Assembly (NCBI GenBank): GCA_018985225.1
Contig: JADGIF010000015.1
Location: forward strand, 9,656 to 41,655
DNA: 32,000 nucleotides
Source: Amoeboradix gromovi X-113
Lineage: Eukaryota > Fungi > Sanchytriomycota
Reading direction: 5' to 3'
Below the pieces are notes generated by a model. The model was not told the origin of the DNA, made no database searches, and saw only the letters and a list, made by a program, of their open reading frames with translations. This document shows positions 1 to 10,843 of the stretch, piece after piece (position 1 is the stretch's first letter; every line of letters begins with the position of its first letter). A program made the position numbers and the translations under genes.

Positions 1-919
1 CATGCTCCATATGTACCTCCAATAGAAAGAAGTTATAGCATGAAGACACAAAGTACAGGAGCTTGCCCCAAACACATACAACAACAGCTCTCTTACTGCT
101 TAAGTATCGTGTAACATCTTGGTACCCTTTATCCATGAGCATTCTTGTTTTGCTCTTTTTTGAAGGTTTATCGTAAGTGGTGCAATGGCTTGATGGCTTT
201 TTTGCTTTTCACACGACAGTAAATAGATTAAAATCGAACTATTTATTTCAACTGCTTCGGAAAGTTCACTCCGCTTTAGCTGTACAATAAGGTTCATTGT
301 AATATAGTTACAAAGAATGAATTAATCACATGTCTCAGTAGCGTCTTATTCATGTTATACTAACATAGTTTAGAGTCAGAAATGCTTCAAAGAATGATGA
401 CTTAAACAATTTCGAAAAAGGTCCAATGCATGATGTATAACAAGTTGGTATCTGGCGAAAAGAAGATGAGTAACTTTAAATTAACAGCTAAGAATAGAAA
501 AAATAGAAAATCAAGAAAGGGAAATTAAATAGATCTATTTGTCGGGGAAATGGTTGTATATCGGATGTTAAAGGATGTGATCAGTTCCAAATAGATTATT
601 TTGCGAGGAATAAGTAGTCATTTTAGCTGAAGAACATACATCCAAGAAGTGCTGTTAATGTAAGAAGGATGTGAACACTAAAGAGTACGGAAAACGAAAG
701 AGGTAGAGAAAATGTGAACCATACTCCTCAATTATTGATCGTAACTAGAATGCTAGTTGAAATATTAGAGATATATTTATTAGTTATGCAACAACATTCA
801 AAAAGCCAGAATGGCAAAATACCTCCTTCAGAAGATGAGAATAATATAGTATGAGTTCACCCTTCCAATAGGGAGACTGGACAGTGAATAATTTATAAAA
901 TAAAGGAGGAAACTTTACA

Positions 920-1846
920 ATGGATGCCAATAAATTTCAATGCAGGTTTTACCGCAATAAATATCCCAACGTTGATGATTTGGTGTTGGTCACAACTAAT
1001 CAAATTGCAGAAATGGGGGCCTACTGCTCATTATTAGAATATAACCATGTAGAGGGTATGATTTTACTTAGTGAGCTATCTCGTCGACGAATTAGAAGCA
1101 TACAAAAGGTGATAAGAGTAGGTAAAAACGAAGTCTGCGCTGTCTTAAAGGTCGATCAAGAGAAGGGATACATTGATCTAAGCAAAAAGAGAGTGACTCA
1201 AGATGATATGAAAATGGCAGAGGAAAAATATCTGAAAGCAAAGTCTGTCCACTCTATCATGAAGCACGTTGCAGAAAAAACAGATAAGCCACTGGAAGAT
1301 CTTTATGAGATGTTTTGTTGGGATCTTTATGAAAAGTTTGGTCATGCTTTAGACGCATTTAAAATTGCAGTAACAGAACCGGAAAAGATTTTTGAAGATA
1401 TAAAAATAGACCCTAAGGTGTATGATGAGTTGCTAGTTCAAATCAGACGTAGACTAACGCCACAGCCAATTAAAGTGCGCGTGGATGTCAACGCGTTCTG
1501 TTATGCTGATGAAGGGATCGACGCAATTAAAGAAGTCTTGTCTGAAGCCGAGAATTTAGAAATTAGTGAATTTTCCACTCCTCTACGAATAAAACTGGTA
1601 GCACCACCAGTTTATGTAATTACCGCTTGCACTTTGGAAAAGAATGCGGGAGTCGAAAGAATGGTGAAGCTCGTAGAAGAAATCAAAGAGAAGTTACAAG
1701 CCAAAGGCGGAGGTTTGACAATAAAAGAGGCTGTGCGTGCCGTATCGACAAATGATGACTTGGAACTCGAAAAAATGATGAAAAAGCTAGAAGAAGAGAA
1801 CCAGGAAGTCAGTGGAGATGACGAGTTATCAGGAGACGAAGAATAG
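920..1846 (+). CDS. SUI2: Translation initiation factor eIF2 alpha subunit
   Basis: CRFY..KYP N-terminus, S1 domain with EGMILLSELSRRRIRSI (Ser51 motif), KGYIDLSKKRV, acidic tail; AATAAA 2 nt after the stop. Confidence 0.98.
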   Translation: MDANKFQCRFYRNKYPNVDDLVLVTTNQIAEMGAYCSLLEYNHVEGMILLSELSRRRIRSIQKVIRVGKNEVCAVLKVDQEKGYIDLSKKRVTQDDMKMAEEKYLKAKSVHSIMKHVAEKTDKPLEDLYEMFCWDLYEKFGHALDAFKIAVTEPEKIFEDIKIDPKVYDELLVQIRRRLTPQPIKVRVDVNAFCYADEGIDAIKEVLSEAENLEISEFSTPLRIKLVAPPVYVITACTLEKNAGVERMVKLVEEIKEKLQAKGGGLTIKEAVRAVSTNDDLELEKMMKKLEEENQEVSGDDELSGDEE

Positions 1847-1883
1847 CTAATAAATATACTACATTGGTACAACTTTTCATACG

Positions 1884-2501
1884 ATGGGAGTGAAACTTCA
1901 AATGACAAAATTATCCACAAAGAAATATTGGGACGAGGTCTACGAAAAAGATTTGATCCTAATAAAAGAATCCAAAGACTCTATCGGTGAAATATGGTTT
2001 GGCGAAGATGTTGAACAAAAAGTTGTTAATTCAATCGTCCGATTTTGTGACCCAAGCTCCTCTAGGATAATTGATATTGGTACAGGCAATGGGAGTATTC
2101 CAAACATTTTAAACGAGAATGGGTACAACTGTGTTGGAATGGACTATTCAGAGAAAGCAATAGAGCTTTGCAACATTGCATTTCCAAAAGTGAAATTCTT
2201 TTGCGATAACATACTAACTATGAATCTAGATAGAACCTTCAATGTTGTAGTAGACAAGGGAACTCTTGATGCTATCTATTTGAGCAAGGATCCATTGGAC
2301 ATTAAAGCCTACGCAGCTTCTATAGATCGTATATTGGAAAATAATGGTCTGTTTTTCATCACTAGCTGTAACATGCTAAAGCCGGAGCTCGAGTCTATAT
2401 TTTTAAGCTTGAACTTGGAGGATGAAATTCCATATCCAAAATTGGAATTTGGCGGATCAACAGGACAGTGTTTTACTAGCTTGGTTTTTCGAAAGTACTG
2501 A
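1884..2501 (+). CDS. EFM4: eEF1A lysine N-methyltransferase (Efm4/METTL10/EEF1AKMT2 family)
   Basis: KxYWDEVY, GEIWFGE, SAM motif IDIGTGNG, VVDKGTLDAI, ITSCN, C-terminal FGGSTG. Start may be 1884 or 1902. Confidence 0.92.
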   Translation: MGVKLQMTKLSTKKYWDEVYEKDLILIKESKDSIGEIWFGEDVEQKVVNSIVRFCDPSSSRIIDIGTGNGSIPNILNENGYNCVGMDYSEKAIELCNIAFPKVKFFCDNILTMNLDRTFNVVVDKGTLDAIYLSKDPLDIKAYAASIDRILENNGLFFITSCNMLKPELESIFLSLNLEDEIPYPKLEFGGSTGQCFTSLVFRKY

Positions 2502-2617
2502 GTCAAATTTGTTAAATAAAGCAAAGTCTTTAATCCTTGTTCTTCCCTTTAAATAAAACTTATGTTGTCAAGAATATTAGTTTTCTACACAAAAGGGGAC
2601 GGTTACTAAGAGCAGAA

Positions 2618-3475
2618 ATGTATCAACTTAAATTAGAAAGTCCAGTAACTTCTATCCAGCAGTGTGAGGAAGTTCTTGTTTGTGGACAATTGAATGGTAA
2701 ACTCTCTTGGTTCGATAAACAAGAGAAGATATTTTATGCTGAGAGTTCTCATAAGAATGCTGTCACGAATGTCTGCACAATAAATAATGATGAGATATTG
2801 AGCAGTTCTGCCGATACTACGTTAAAATCATGGACTCTGGAAGGAAAACATATCAGAACATTTAAAGGCCATACTTCTTTCGTTATGTGTTGCTCGAGTG
2901 CTGAAGATACTGCTGTGAGTGGAGGTAATGATAAGCACTTGCTTTTGTGGGATACGAGAGCAAAAGATGCCGTTCATTCACACAAGCATACGTCGCAAAT
3001 ACTCGCTGTCCAAATGTCGTCTGAATTCGTATTTAGTGGTGATGCAGATGGATTGATATCCGTTTATGACCTTCGAAACTTTAATCCCGTCTATTCTCTT
3101 AAGCACGATGATTCGGTTTTCGGTTTGCATCTAAGCGACCAGAGCCTCGTAAGTTCAAGTCTAGATAACACGATAAAACTGTGGAACATAGATGGATCGC
3201 CCCAAGAAGCTAGATTGGTCACTACATTTGAGGCCAACTTATTTAATACGACCATGAATTGGATTAGACCTTGTATATCTGATGGTGGGAACTATGTCGC
3301 TTGTGGAGAGAACTCTGGAAATACAAACATATACGAATTGATATCACAGGAACTAATATTTTCTTTGGGTGGCCATACGGATACTGTGAGTCAAGTACTT
3401 TTAAAAAACAACATTTTAATAAGCTGTGGACTAGATGGAAGTGTAATCGTTGGAGATGTAAATATAATGGATTGA
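2618..3475 (+). CDS. SNRNP40: WD40 protein, probable U5 snRNP 40 kDa subunit (SNRNP40/Spf38)
   Basis: Multiple WD repeats; segments FKGHTSFV, QILAV, HDDSVFGLHLS, SLDNTIKLW and ARLVTTFEANLFN..NWIR follow the SNRNP40 order. First in-frame ATG used (the ORF-track start is TTG). Confidence 0.8.
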   Translation: MYQLKLESPVTSIQQCEEVLVCGQLNGKLSWFDKQEKIFYAESSHKNAVTNVCTINNDEILSSSADTTLKSWTLEGKHIRTFKGHTSFVMCCSSAEDTAVSGGNDKHLLLWDTRAKDAVHSHKHTSQILAVQMSSEFVFSGDADGLISVYDLRNFNPVYSLKHDDSVFGLHLSDQSLVSSSLDNTIKLWNIDGSPQEARLVTTFEANLFNTTMNWIRPCISDGGNYVACGENSGNTNIYELISQELIFSLGGHTDTVSQVLLKNNILISCGLDGSVIVGDVNIMD

Positions 3476-3512
3476 ATCTGAAGGTTGAGACTAGCAGCTA
3501 TTGAGTTTTGTA

Positions 3513-3971
3513 GAATAAATCAATTATCGAGAATCTGTATGTATTTTTATATAGTGGCACGACTTTTCAAGGATTTTACGGTGCCTTAAGTACTCGAAAT
3601 TCTTCATTTTCGCAAATAGTAAATCAAATTTAAAGAAATAACTAATAGTTGTAGTATAAATTCACCAACGTTGAGGAATAGGCCCAGACATGGAACAATT
3701 AGATGTCATTCAACCCGTTCTCAAAAGAGATCAACGATAAAAATAAACCTGTAAACAATTTTTTTAATTATTCGTATGCTATCGGTCTCACCACATGTGC
3801 AACAATAGAGAGTATATGGCAGCAAGGAATATATAAAAATATATGCATCCTTATTCAATCTCACCTCAGGGTGGTAAAAGCGTGAGCAATCACTGCAACG
3901 GATCTACTAGCATTGCTAGCTTCTCTGTGAAAATTCTCGATTATCTCGGAAATCAAGACTTTAACGAGGAG
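3513..3971 (+). mobile_element. Family A non-autonomous TnpB/Fanzor2-like element, copy A1
   Basis: Left end GAATAAATCAATTATCG and the following ~120 bp align with 10246-10400; the last ~165 bp (ATATGGCAGCAAGGAAT...TTAACGAGGAG) align with ~10680-10843. Confidence 0.85.
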
Positions 3972-4222
3972 TAAATCAAATTTCAATAAACTTTTAGAAG
4001 TCCAACAATTCGTGTTCAATCGAAGAAACTGTTCCAGACGATGTTGGTCTATTAGCCACTCTAAACTTTTCTGCAAAATAGATCTCATGTGTTAAGATTA
4101 GACTACTAATAATTTGGCAATTTTTAAACAAGTAAGTTCATGTTCAATGAATCTTTTTCTCTTCATACAACTGAATAAGTGTCTGTTTTAAACTGAATAT
4201 TATTGTAGATTTGTGGTCCATA

Positions 4223-4708
4223 CTTCTCATTAAAAGCATTGATTTCCGAGAAGATCAAGAATTTCCAAAGAACCGGACAATGCTATTCGCTCGGTTACAT
4301 TAGTAACTCACGATTCCTTCACCCCGTATCTGTGATTGAATGGGGATGTATATAATTATTGATTATATTCCTTGCTGTCATATGATCTCCATATACTTAA
4401 AAATTACAGTTCCTAAACTTGTATGGCTCCAAATTGCTTTTCTTTAAAATATCTCGCCTTAAAAATGTGTGACTAGTAGTGCTTTATCAAGTCCCTCCAC
4501 TGCCTTTAATTTCTTGGGACAAATATTTTCATCTTAAACAATTTCTGAGTTAACAAGATTTATTTATATCGACTGATGATGTCTTTGGACTTGAAATTAT
4601 CTGAACGGGATGACTTATAGATGGTTTATCACAGATGAGAAAATTAGATTTCCTGTTTTATCTAACCAGAAAACTATAGGAAGAACAAGCGATAAAACGA
4701 TAAGATTC
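4223..4708 (-). mobile_element. Family A element, copy A4 (more decayed, tail-to-tail with A1)
   Basis: Minus strand reads GAATCTTATCGTTTTATCGC at the left end, a degenerate peptide TSHTFLRRDILKKSNLEPYKFRNCNF*VYGDHMTARNII colinear with the A2 Zn-finger/RuvC-III region, and the 3' end AAATTCTTGATCTTCTCGGAAATCAATGCTTTTAATGAGAAG. Confidence 0.8.
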
Positions 4709-4761
4709 GTGGGGTCAGCATAAATGGTTTATTATGTGAAAATTAGGAACTTGTCTCATAC

Positions 4762-5070
4762 ATGGGAAAATCGGATAACAAAATTACTTCAAGTTCCGGA
4801 GTTCGCGGAGGACGTGGTAGCTTTAAATGGGAAGAGATTGATCCTGCTGAAAGGGACCACTACCTAGGGGTGTCTTCTAATCATACTATCACAAGGAATG
4901 GGAAGGATATGCTATGGTATGCGAAGAAAAAAGGCGATAAAAGTGACAAAAAAAAGAGGAAGCAGCTAAAAAAAATAGAAGATGAATTAATGAAAGCAGA
5001 GCTAGGCATTCCCTCACGATTGTCGGCTGGAAATACCAAATCTGTAAAAAAAGAGTCCAGCAATAAATAA
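4762..5070 (+). CDS. MMtag-domain protein (C1orf35/MMTAG2-like)
   Basis: GVRGGRGSFKWEEI..RDHYLG..GKDMLWYAK followed by a lysine-rich coil and EDELMKAELG. Confidence 0.85.
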   Translation: MGKSDNKITSSSGVRGGRGSFKWEEIDPAERDHYLGVSSNHTITRNGKDMLWYAKKKGDKSDKKKRKQLKKIEDELMKAELGIPSRLSAGNTKSVKKESSNK

Positions 5071-5179
5071 TTAACTTTGCATTATACTTGGCTTAGATAT
5101 TCTGCTAATGTTAAACTATCGTGTTCGGAATTTAAATTTCTAAATATTTTTATATCCCTTTTGCCATTTTGACACATAA

Positions 5180-7388
5180 ATGCAAGAACAATCTAGCGAT
5201 TCAATTTATCAAGAGTTCGTTAGGTTTTTAGAGCAACCATTTCCAATGGGCACATACAATGACAGACTGCAGAACAAAGATATGAAAGCTTTGGTGGTAT
5301 CATTAGAACATTTGAGACAATACAATTATGTTTTAGTCGATGGCTTGTTAAATGAGCCCATTCTCTTCTACCCTTCGTTGGTTCGCGCTGTGAATGAGTC
5401 TGCCATTCAATTCGGGATAGAAAAGAAAATGGTTGGATTGATGGGAATAATGGCAGATCATCACGTTACACCTAGAGGTCTTCGTAGCCATTTGTTAAAC
5501 AAAATGGTATGTGTCGACTGTATTGTTACTAAAGCAGCACTTACTAAGCCCAAATTGAAAAGAAGCGTACAGTTAAACAGCGAGCTTGTTCGCATTGAAA
5601 GGGTTTATAACGATGGGCATGGCATAGACGATGAAATTGCTACCTCTACAGCTATTCCTACCCATGACTCCCGCGGTATGGCATTAGAACTCCAACCTGG
5701 TTTGTCGGATTACGAAAACCATCAGTATTTAGTAGCCCAGGAAATTCCTGAATTAACTCCAGCTGGTCAGCTTCCCAGGTCTATTGATATCATGCTATCG
5801 GGCTATCTATGTGATAGCGTCAAGCCTGGTGACAGATTGCAAGTTGTTGGATTCTATCGTACAATGGGTAGTCTGCAATCTAATTTTAAAAGGTCTGTCG
5901 TCGCCATACATATAAATCTTTTGAACAAAACAGCGTCTTCTACAAAAGTATCGCCTGATGAGATCGCTGAAATGAGAAGGCTAGTAAACGATGAGGATGA
6001 CATTATTGAGCTACTAGGTGCAAGTATTGCGCCTAGTATATATGGCAACGAAATTGTTAAGCGTGGACTGCTATTAAGTCTGCTGGGCGGTGTAGAAAAG
6101 GAACTAGAGCAAGGAGGTCGTTTGAGAGGTTCTATCAATGTTTTGATGGTAGGGGATCCTTCTACTGGCAAATCCCAACTATTACGGTATGTTACCAAAG
6201 TAGCTCCATTGAGTGTATCTACTACTGGTAGAGGAGCAACTGGTGTTGGTTTAACTGCTGCAGTAAGTCACGATCAAGAAAGTGGTGAGAAAACATTAGA
6301 AGCTGGTGCTTGTGTTTTGGCAGATCAAGGCCATGTTTTGTTGGACGAATTTGATAAAATGTCTGATATAGACAGGGTAGCTATCCATGAAGTGATGGAA
6401 CAGCAATCTATTACAATTGCCAAGGCAGGTATATGCGTCACGTTAAATGCTCGCTGTTCTATAATTGCAGCAGCCAATCCCATATATGGATTGTATGATG
6501 AGAGTATTGATCCTGCAAAGAACATTCACCTGCCTGACAGTTTGTTATCTCGTTTCGATCTGTTGTTTATTATGCTAGATAGACCCAATGAGGCACATGA
6601 CAGTGAATTGGCAGATCACGTGTTAAGAAGTAGAAGGTATATTCCTAGTCAGTACGAAATAGGGCAGGTGATGGAAGATGTGCCACTGCAATACATGACT
6701 GAAGCTGCAGATCAAACAGATGAGATAACGGCCTCAGTTATTATTGTGAATAATCAGAGGGTGGTGAACAGTCAGTTTTTGAAAAAGTATATATGGTACG
6801 CTAGATCGGTGATTAAGCCGAAGTTGGAAGACAAGGCAAGCAGATTTATAACACGCAAATATGGAGAGCTAAGAAACGCAAACTACGATAAGAAAAAAAC
6901 ATTACCCGTAACAGTTAGATCCCTAGAGACTTTAATTCGATTGTCCACAGCCTTTGCAAAGGCCAGATTGTCAAACACAATCAACATAAAAGATGCAGAA
7001 GACGCGTTTGATATGCTTAAGTATTCCTTATTTAAAGAAGTAGTTAAACATCGTGCAGTTAAGAAGAGCAAGATTGCCGAAGATAATGATGAACAAATGA
7101 ATGAGGTTTTAAGTGCTACAAGAAGTCATGAAGTTCCTGCAACAAAGGAATTTGATCGGTATTTGATCTTAACATAGATTAGAACTATTTACAGAGATTG
7201 CAAGCGTAGTACTGGAGCACAGAGATCAGCTAACTCTGGATGTATTTATGGAAGATGTGGCGAATGTAAAAAGTTCGAGTTACTCAGATCAAGACGACTT
7301 CACAAAAGATGAAATGATGCACTATTTGACAGAATTGATGGACCGCAACAAAGTATTTATTGCAGATGATTTGGTGACAAAGCTGTGA
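5180..7388 (+). CDS. MCM3: DNA replication licensing factor MCM3 (exons 5180-7158, 7178-7388)
   Basis: QEIPELTPAGQLPRS, GDPSTGKSQLLR, TTGRGATGVGLTAAV, DEFDKM, DSLLSRFDL, VTVRSLETLIRL. Removing a 19-nt intron restores a winged-helix C-terminus ending ELMDRNKVFIADDLVTKL*. Confidence 0.96.
7159..7177 (+). other. 19-nt spliceosomal intron (MCM3)
   Basis: GTATTTGATCTTAACATAG; removal opens the conserved C-terminal exon. Confidence 0.88.
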
Positions 7389-7515
7389 TTTTACAAAATA
7401 AATTGAACTATACATTGTAGAGATATGAAATAAATTTGCCATGCAACTTAGCTTCATGCAAACTCTTTGCTCTTTTTTGCATTGAATCCTCGAATTATGT
7501 TATTATTTTTGTAAC

Positions 7516-10201
7516 ATGTCTTCAGGTCTCGTTGCATTGTTGAATGAGCAAAGTTGTGCACCGTTTGCACTAAAAGCATTACATGAGCTAGTAGATCAGT
7601 ACTGGAGTGAGCTAGCCGATCACTTGCCAAATCTGGAAAAGATGTATTTGACTAACAAGGTTGATGACTTGGCGCTGCTTATTTCCAAAATATATTTTTA
7701 CTTGGATGTCCAAGATTTATCTTTGCAATATGCGCTAAAATCTGATCTGGACACACAGTCCTTGTTTGTTAAATCAATCATCCAGAATGCAATTGAAACT
7801 TTTGTTCAAAATAGTAAAGATAACAAAACAATCGATCCTTTATTAAATGAAATGGTGGAAAAGATTATCGTTGATGCGTTCAATAACAAAGATTTTGATT
7901 TGGTTGTTGGCATGGCAGTTCAGGCTTTAAATCTACCGCTAATAAAAAGATGTATTACACAGGGTGACGGCGTGCTAAATGTGGTGTTCGATGCTCTGTT
8001 CGATGCCCCTAGTCACTTCCGTACTACTGTTCTAGAGTTTATTGTCTCTGAGTTTGTCAATTCCAAAGACTATTTTTCAGCGGTTCAGTGTTACTTGTTT
8101 CTAGAAGAGCCGTTGGAAATATCCAAATTGCTGGTACATCTGGTTGAAAACAAAAGCTTGTTACTAGCTTATCAAATTGCTTTTGACCTAGAACAAGAAG
8201 CTTCCCAGTTTATTTTAAATGAAATTATCAAATCTTTATCCTTGGACACCAACATGTCTATTGAATCACCTTTTGCCAACTTGCAATCTATTTTAAGCGG
8301 CAAAAAGTCTACTCTGCTGTATTTGGAATTTATGTATCGTAACAATAAGGGAGATGTCCAAATATTAAAGAATATCAACAAATCATTGGACAATCGCAAT
8401 TCAATTCATCACACCGCGCTCTCTATTGCCAATGCTTTCATGTTTAGTGGTACCACGTATGATCAATTTCTTCGTGACAACTTGGAATGGTTAAGCCGCG
8501 CTACCAACTGGTCCAAATTTACTGCTACTGCTGCACTAGGTGTCATCCACAAGGGCACAAGTGATTCTTTGAAGATTTTAGAACCTTATCTTCCTCAGGA
8601 GTCTATTAGTACTCAGCCTCATAGCGAAGCAGGTAGTCTATTTGCTCTGGGTTTAATTCACACCAAGCATGCTACAAATGATGTTACTCAGCTAATCACT
8701 AAACATTTGGTTAGCAGTAATGAGATACTGCAACACGGTGCATGTTTAGGTTTAGGGTTGGCGCTATTAGCTAGCAACAATACAGCCATCTACAACCAGC
8801 TTCGTGCTATTTTATTTAGTGACTCGGCTATAGCTGGACAGGCAGCTGCTATCGCAATTGGTTTGGTTATGCTCGGTAGTAACGATGGGTCAATCATTAA
8901 TGAGTTGATACAATATGCTAATGACACGCAACATGAGACTATAATTCGTGGTATTAGTATTGGGCTCTCATTATTAATGTACAATCAGGGTAACAATGCG
9001 GATGCGGTTATCAATGAGTTGCTCAATAACAAGGATCCGTTGTTGCGATACGCCGGTTGTTTGTCGCTATCAACTGCTTATGTTAATAGCAACAACCTAA
9101 AGGCTATAAAACTTCTACTGCATGTAGCGGTTAGCGATGTTAATGATAACGTCCGTAGAGCAAGTTGTGTCGCTTTGGGGTTTATATCGAATGATCCAAA
9201 TGTAATCACATTGCTGATTAATAGTTGGAATCCGCATGTTAGACATGGAAGTTGTATTGCATTGGGAATCATATGCAGTAACAATGACGTTGTGGATGCC
9301 AACAAATGGAACTCTATATTGCAACCATTGGTAAAGGATTCAGTCGAATTTGTTAGGCAAGGTGCTTTGATTGCTCTTGGATTGCTGAATATGCAATCTA
9401 ACAGCGCAAATTATACCAGAACTAGCCAAATCTTCTCCAAGATTATTAGCGACAAAAGGGAATCACATATGGCTAAGTTGGGAGCTATAATGGGCAATGG
9501 CATATTGGAAGCTGGTGGTAGAAACGTGGTTAGTCGTATTCGAACCAGTAATAATAACACATTAATGAGCGGTGTCGTAGGAATGCTGCTTTATACTCAA
9601 TACTGGAACTGGTATCCACTAAGCTTGTTTCTTAGTTTAACTTTTGTACCAACAGCTATTATCGGACTAAACAAGGATCTCAATGTACCAAAAATGACAT
9701 TGAAATGTAGCTGTAAGCCTAGTTTATATAAGTATCCATTACCATTAGAATTGCAGGACACAAAGAGCGAACATGTCGTGAAAACTGCTGTTTTAAGCGT
9801 TGTTAGGAAACAAGAACACAAAAGAGGTTCAATGACCCCAACAATTGACCACATGGTAGTTGCTACTAATTTAGAAGGTAGATGAGAAGAAAGAGTTAGA
9901 ACCTCATGTTCAAGAGGAAGAATTGGAGAAAGAGCCGTTAGAGTATGAAATTGACAATATGAGCAGAGTTACAAATGAGCAGCAGCACCATGTAGGATTG
10001 CTTAAGGACAGTAGATATAGATTATTGAAAAAAAATCAATACATTGGGATTATGTTGATGGAAGATTTGAGACCAACAGAGCCAGAAGTTTTGGTAGAGT
10101 TAAAGGCACAAGAGAATGTCAAGGCATTTGAAATTACAGACTCATCAAAGGAGAGAAAGTTACCAGATACCATTGATAATCCTTACATGATGCAAGAGTA
10201 G
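7516..10201 (+). CDS. RPN2: 26S proteasome regulatory subunit Rpn2/PSMD1 (exons 7516-9855, 9875-10201)
   Basis: FLRDNLEWLSRATNWSKFTATAALGVIH, PC repeats, LLHVAVSDVNDNVRR, QYWNWYPL; second exon carries the conserved NMSRV motif. Confidence 0.97.
9856..9874 (+). other. 19-nt spliceosomal intron (RPN2)
   Basis: GTAGTTGCTACTAATTTAG; joins ...IDHM to KVDEKKELE... in the frame of ORF 9923-10201. Confidence 0.9.
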
Positions 10202-10418
10202 AAAATAAATGACTTTTAAACAATCTACAGCTTGACTATTTTCTTGAATATATCATTTATCGCGAATTTGTATATATTTTTGTATCATTTCAAGACTTTT
10301 CCAATACCTTAAATACTCGATATTCTTTATCTTCGCAAACGATAAATGGAATAAATAGATGTAATCCTGAGTATGTCAATTCTAAATAAATAACTAGCAG
10401 GTACAGCATACAAAGACA

Positions 10419-10836
10419 TGTGATTTTTTATACTTGCCATCGTTCAATACGAGCCAGATGCTAAGTAGCTTGTCGAGCAAGGTCGCAAGAAACATGGTTA
10501 CAATGTCCCATTACGCATTCAAAGAACGCTTGAAGTTCAAGTGTAAACAAAGAGGAAAGACGATAATCGAATGTAATGAATCATTTACTAGTCAGACATG
10601 TACAATGTGTGGTACTCTAAAAGAAAACCAGCTTAGAAACCTTAACCTGTACAAAGTGTCATTTGAAGATAGATAGAGATCATATGGCAGCAAGGAACAT
10701 ATACATCAAGTACCTGCATCCTTATTCAATCCCGCCTCAGGGTAGTGCAAGCGTTAGCAATCACTGTAACGGAGAAACTGGCACTGCTAGCTTCTCTGTG
10801 AAAATTCTTGATTTTCTCGGAAATCAGGTCTTTTAA
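10419..10836 (+). pseudogene. tnpB: 5'-truncated, frameshifted Fanzor2/IS607-TnpB-like RNA-guided nuclease (RuvC-II, Zn finger, RuvC-III)
   Basis: CDFLYLPSFNTSQM...SHYAFKERLKFKCKQRGKTIIECNESFTSQTCTMCG, then one extra A near 10620, then LKKTSLETLTCTKCHLKIDRDHMAARNI. This shows the LPxF...NExxTS rearranged RuvC-II, two CxxC pairs and the DRDxxAARNI motif. Confidence 0.9.
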
Positions 10837-10843
10837 CGAGGAG
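10710..10843 (+). ncRNA. Putative omegaRNA scaffold of family A (homologues at the 3' ends of A1, A3, A4)
   Basis: Segment retained in all four copies. Predicted stems: a CC-TCAG-GG hairpin, GTTAGCA/TGCTAGC, and a long terminal hairpin at 10791-10843. Its position at the right end overlapping the ORF end is as known for TnpB/Fanzor. Expression is not shown. Confidence 0.6.

Larger units (their letters stand above)
10246..10843 (+). mobile_element. Family A element, copy A2 (longest; carries the TnpB/Fanzor2 remnant)
   Basis: Ends shared with A1, A3 and A4; internal nuclease C-terminal remnant; no TIRs or clear TSD. Confidence 0.9.

Noticed and set aside
1-900. Possible decayed coding or TE sequence at the window start
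   Set aside because: No sustained frame or recognisable motif.
903-910. Shine-Dalgarno-like AAGGAGG upstream of eIF2a
   Set aside because: The genes are eukaryotic and intron-containing, and no other gene shows it; treated as chance.
3703-4088. ORFs 3703-3885 and 3861-4088 (likewise 13561-13791 and 15588-15794) as host genes
   Set aside because: They lie in or across family A or B element remnants.
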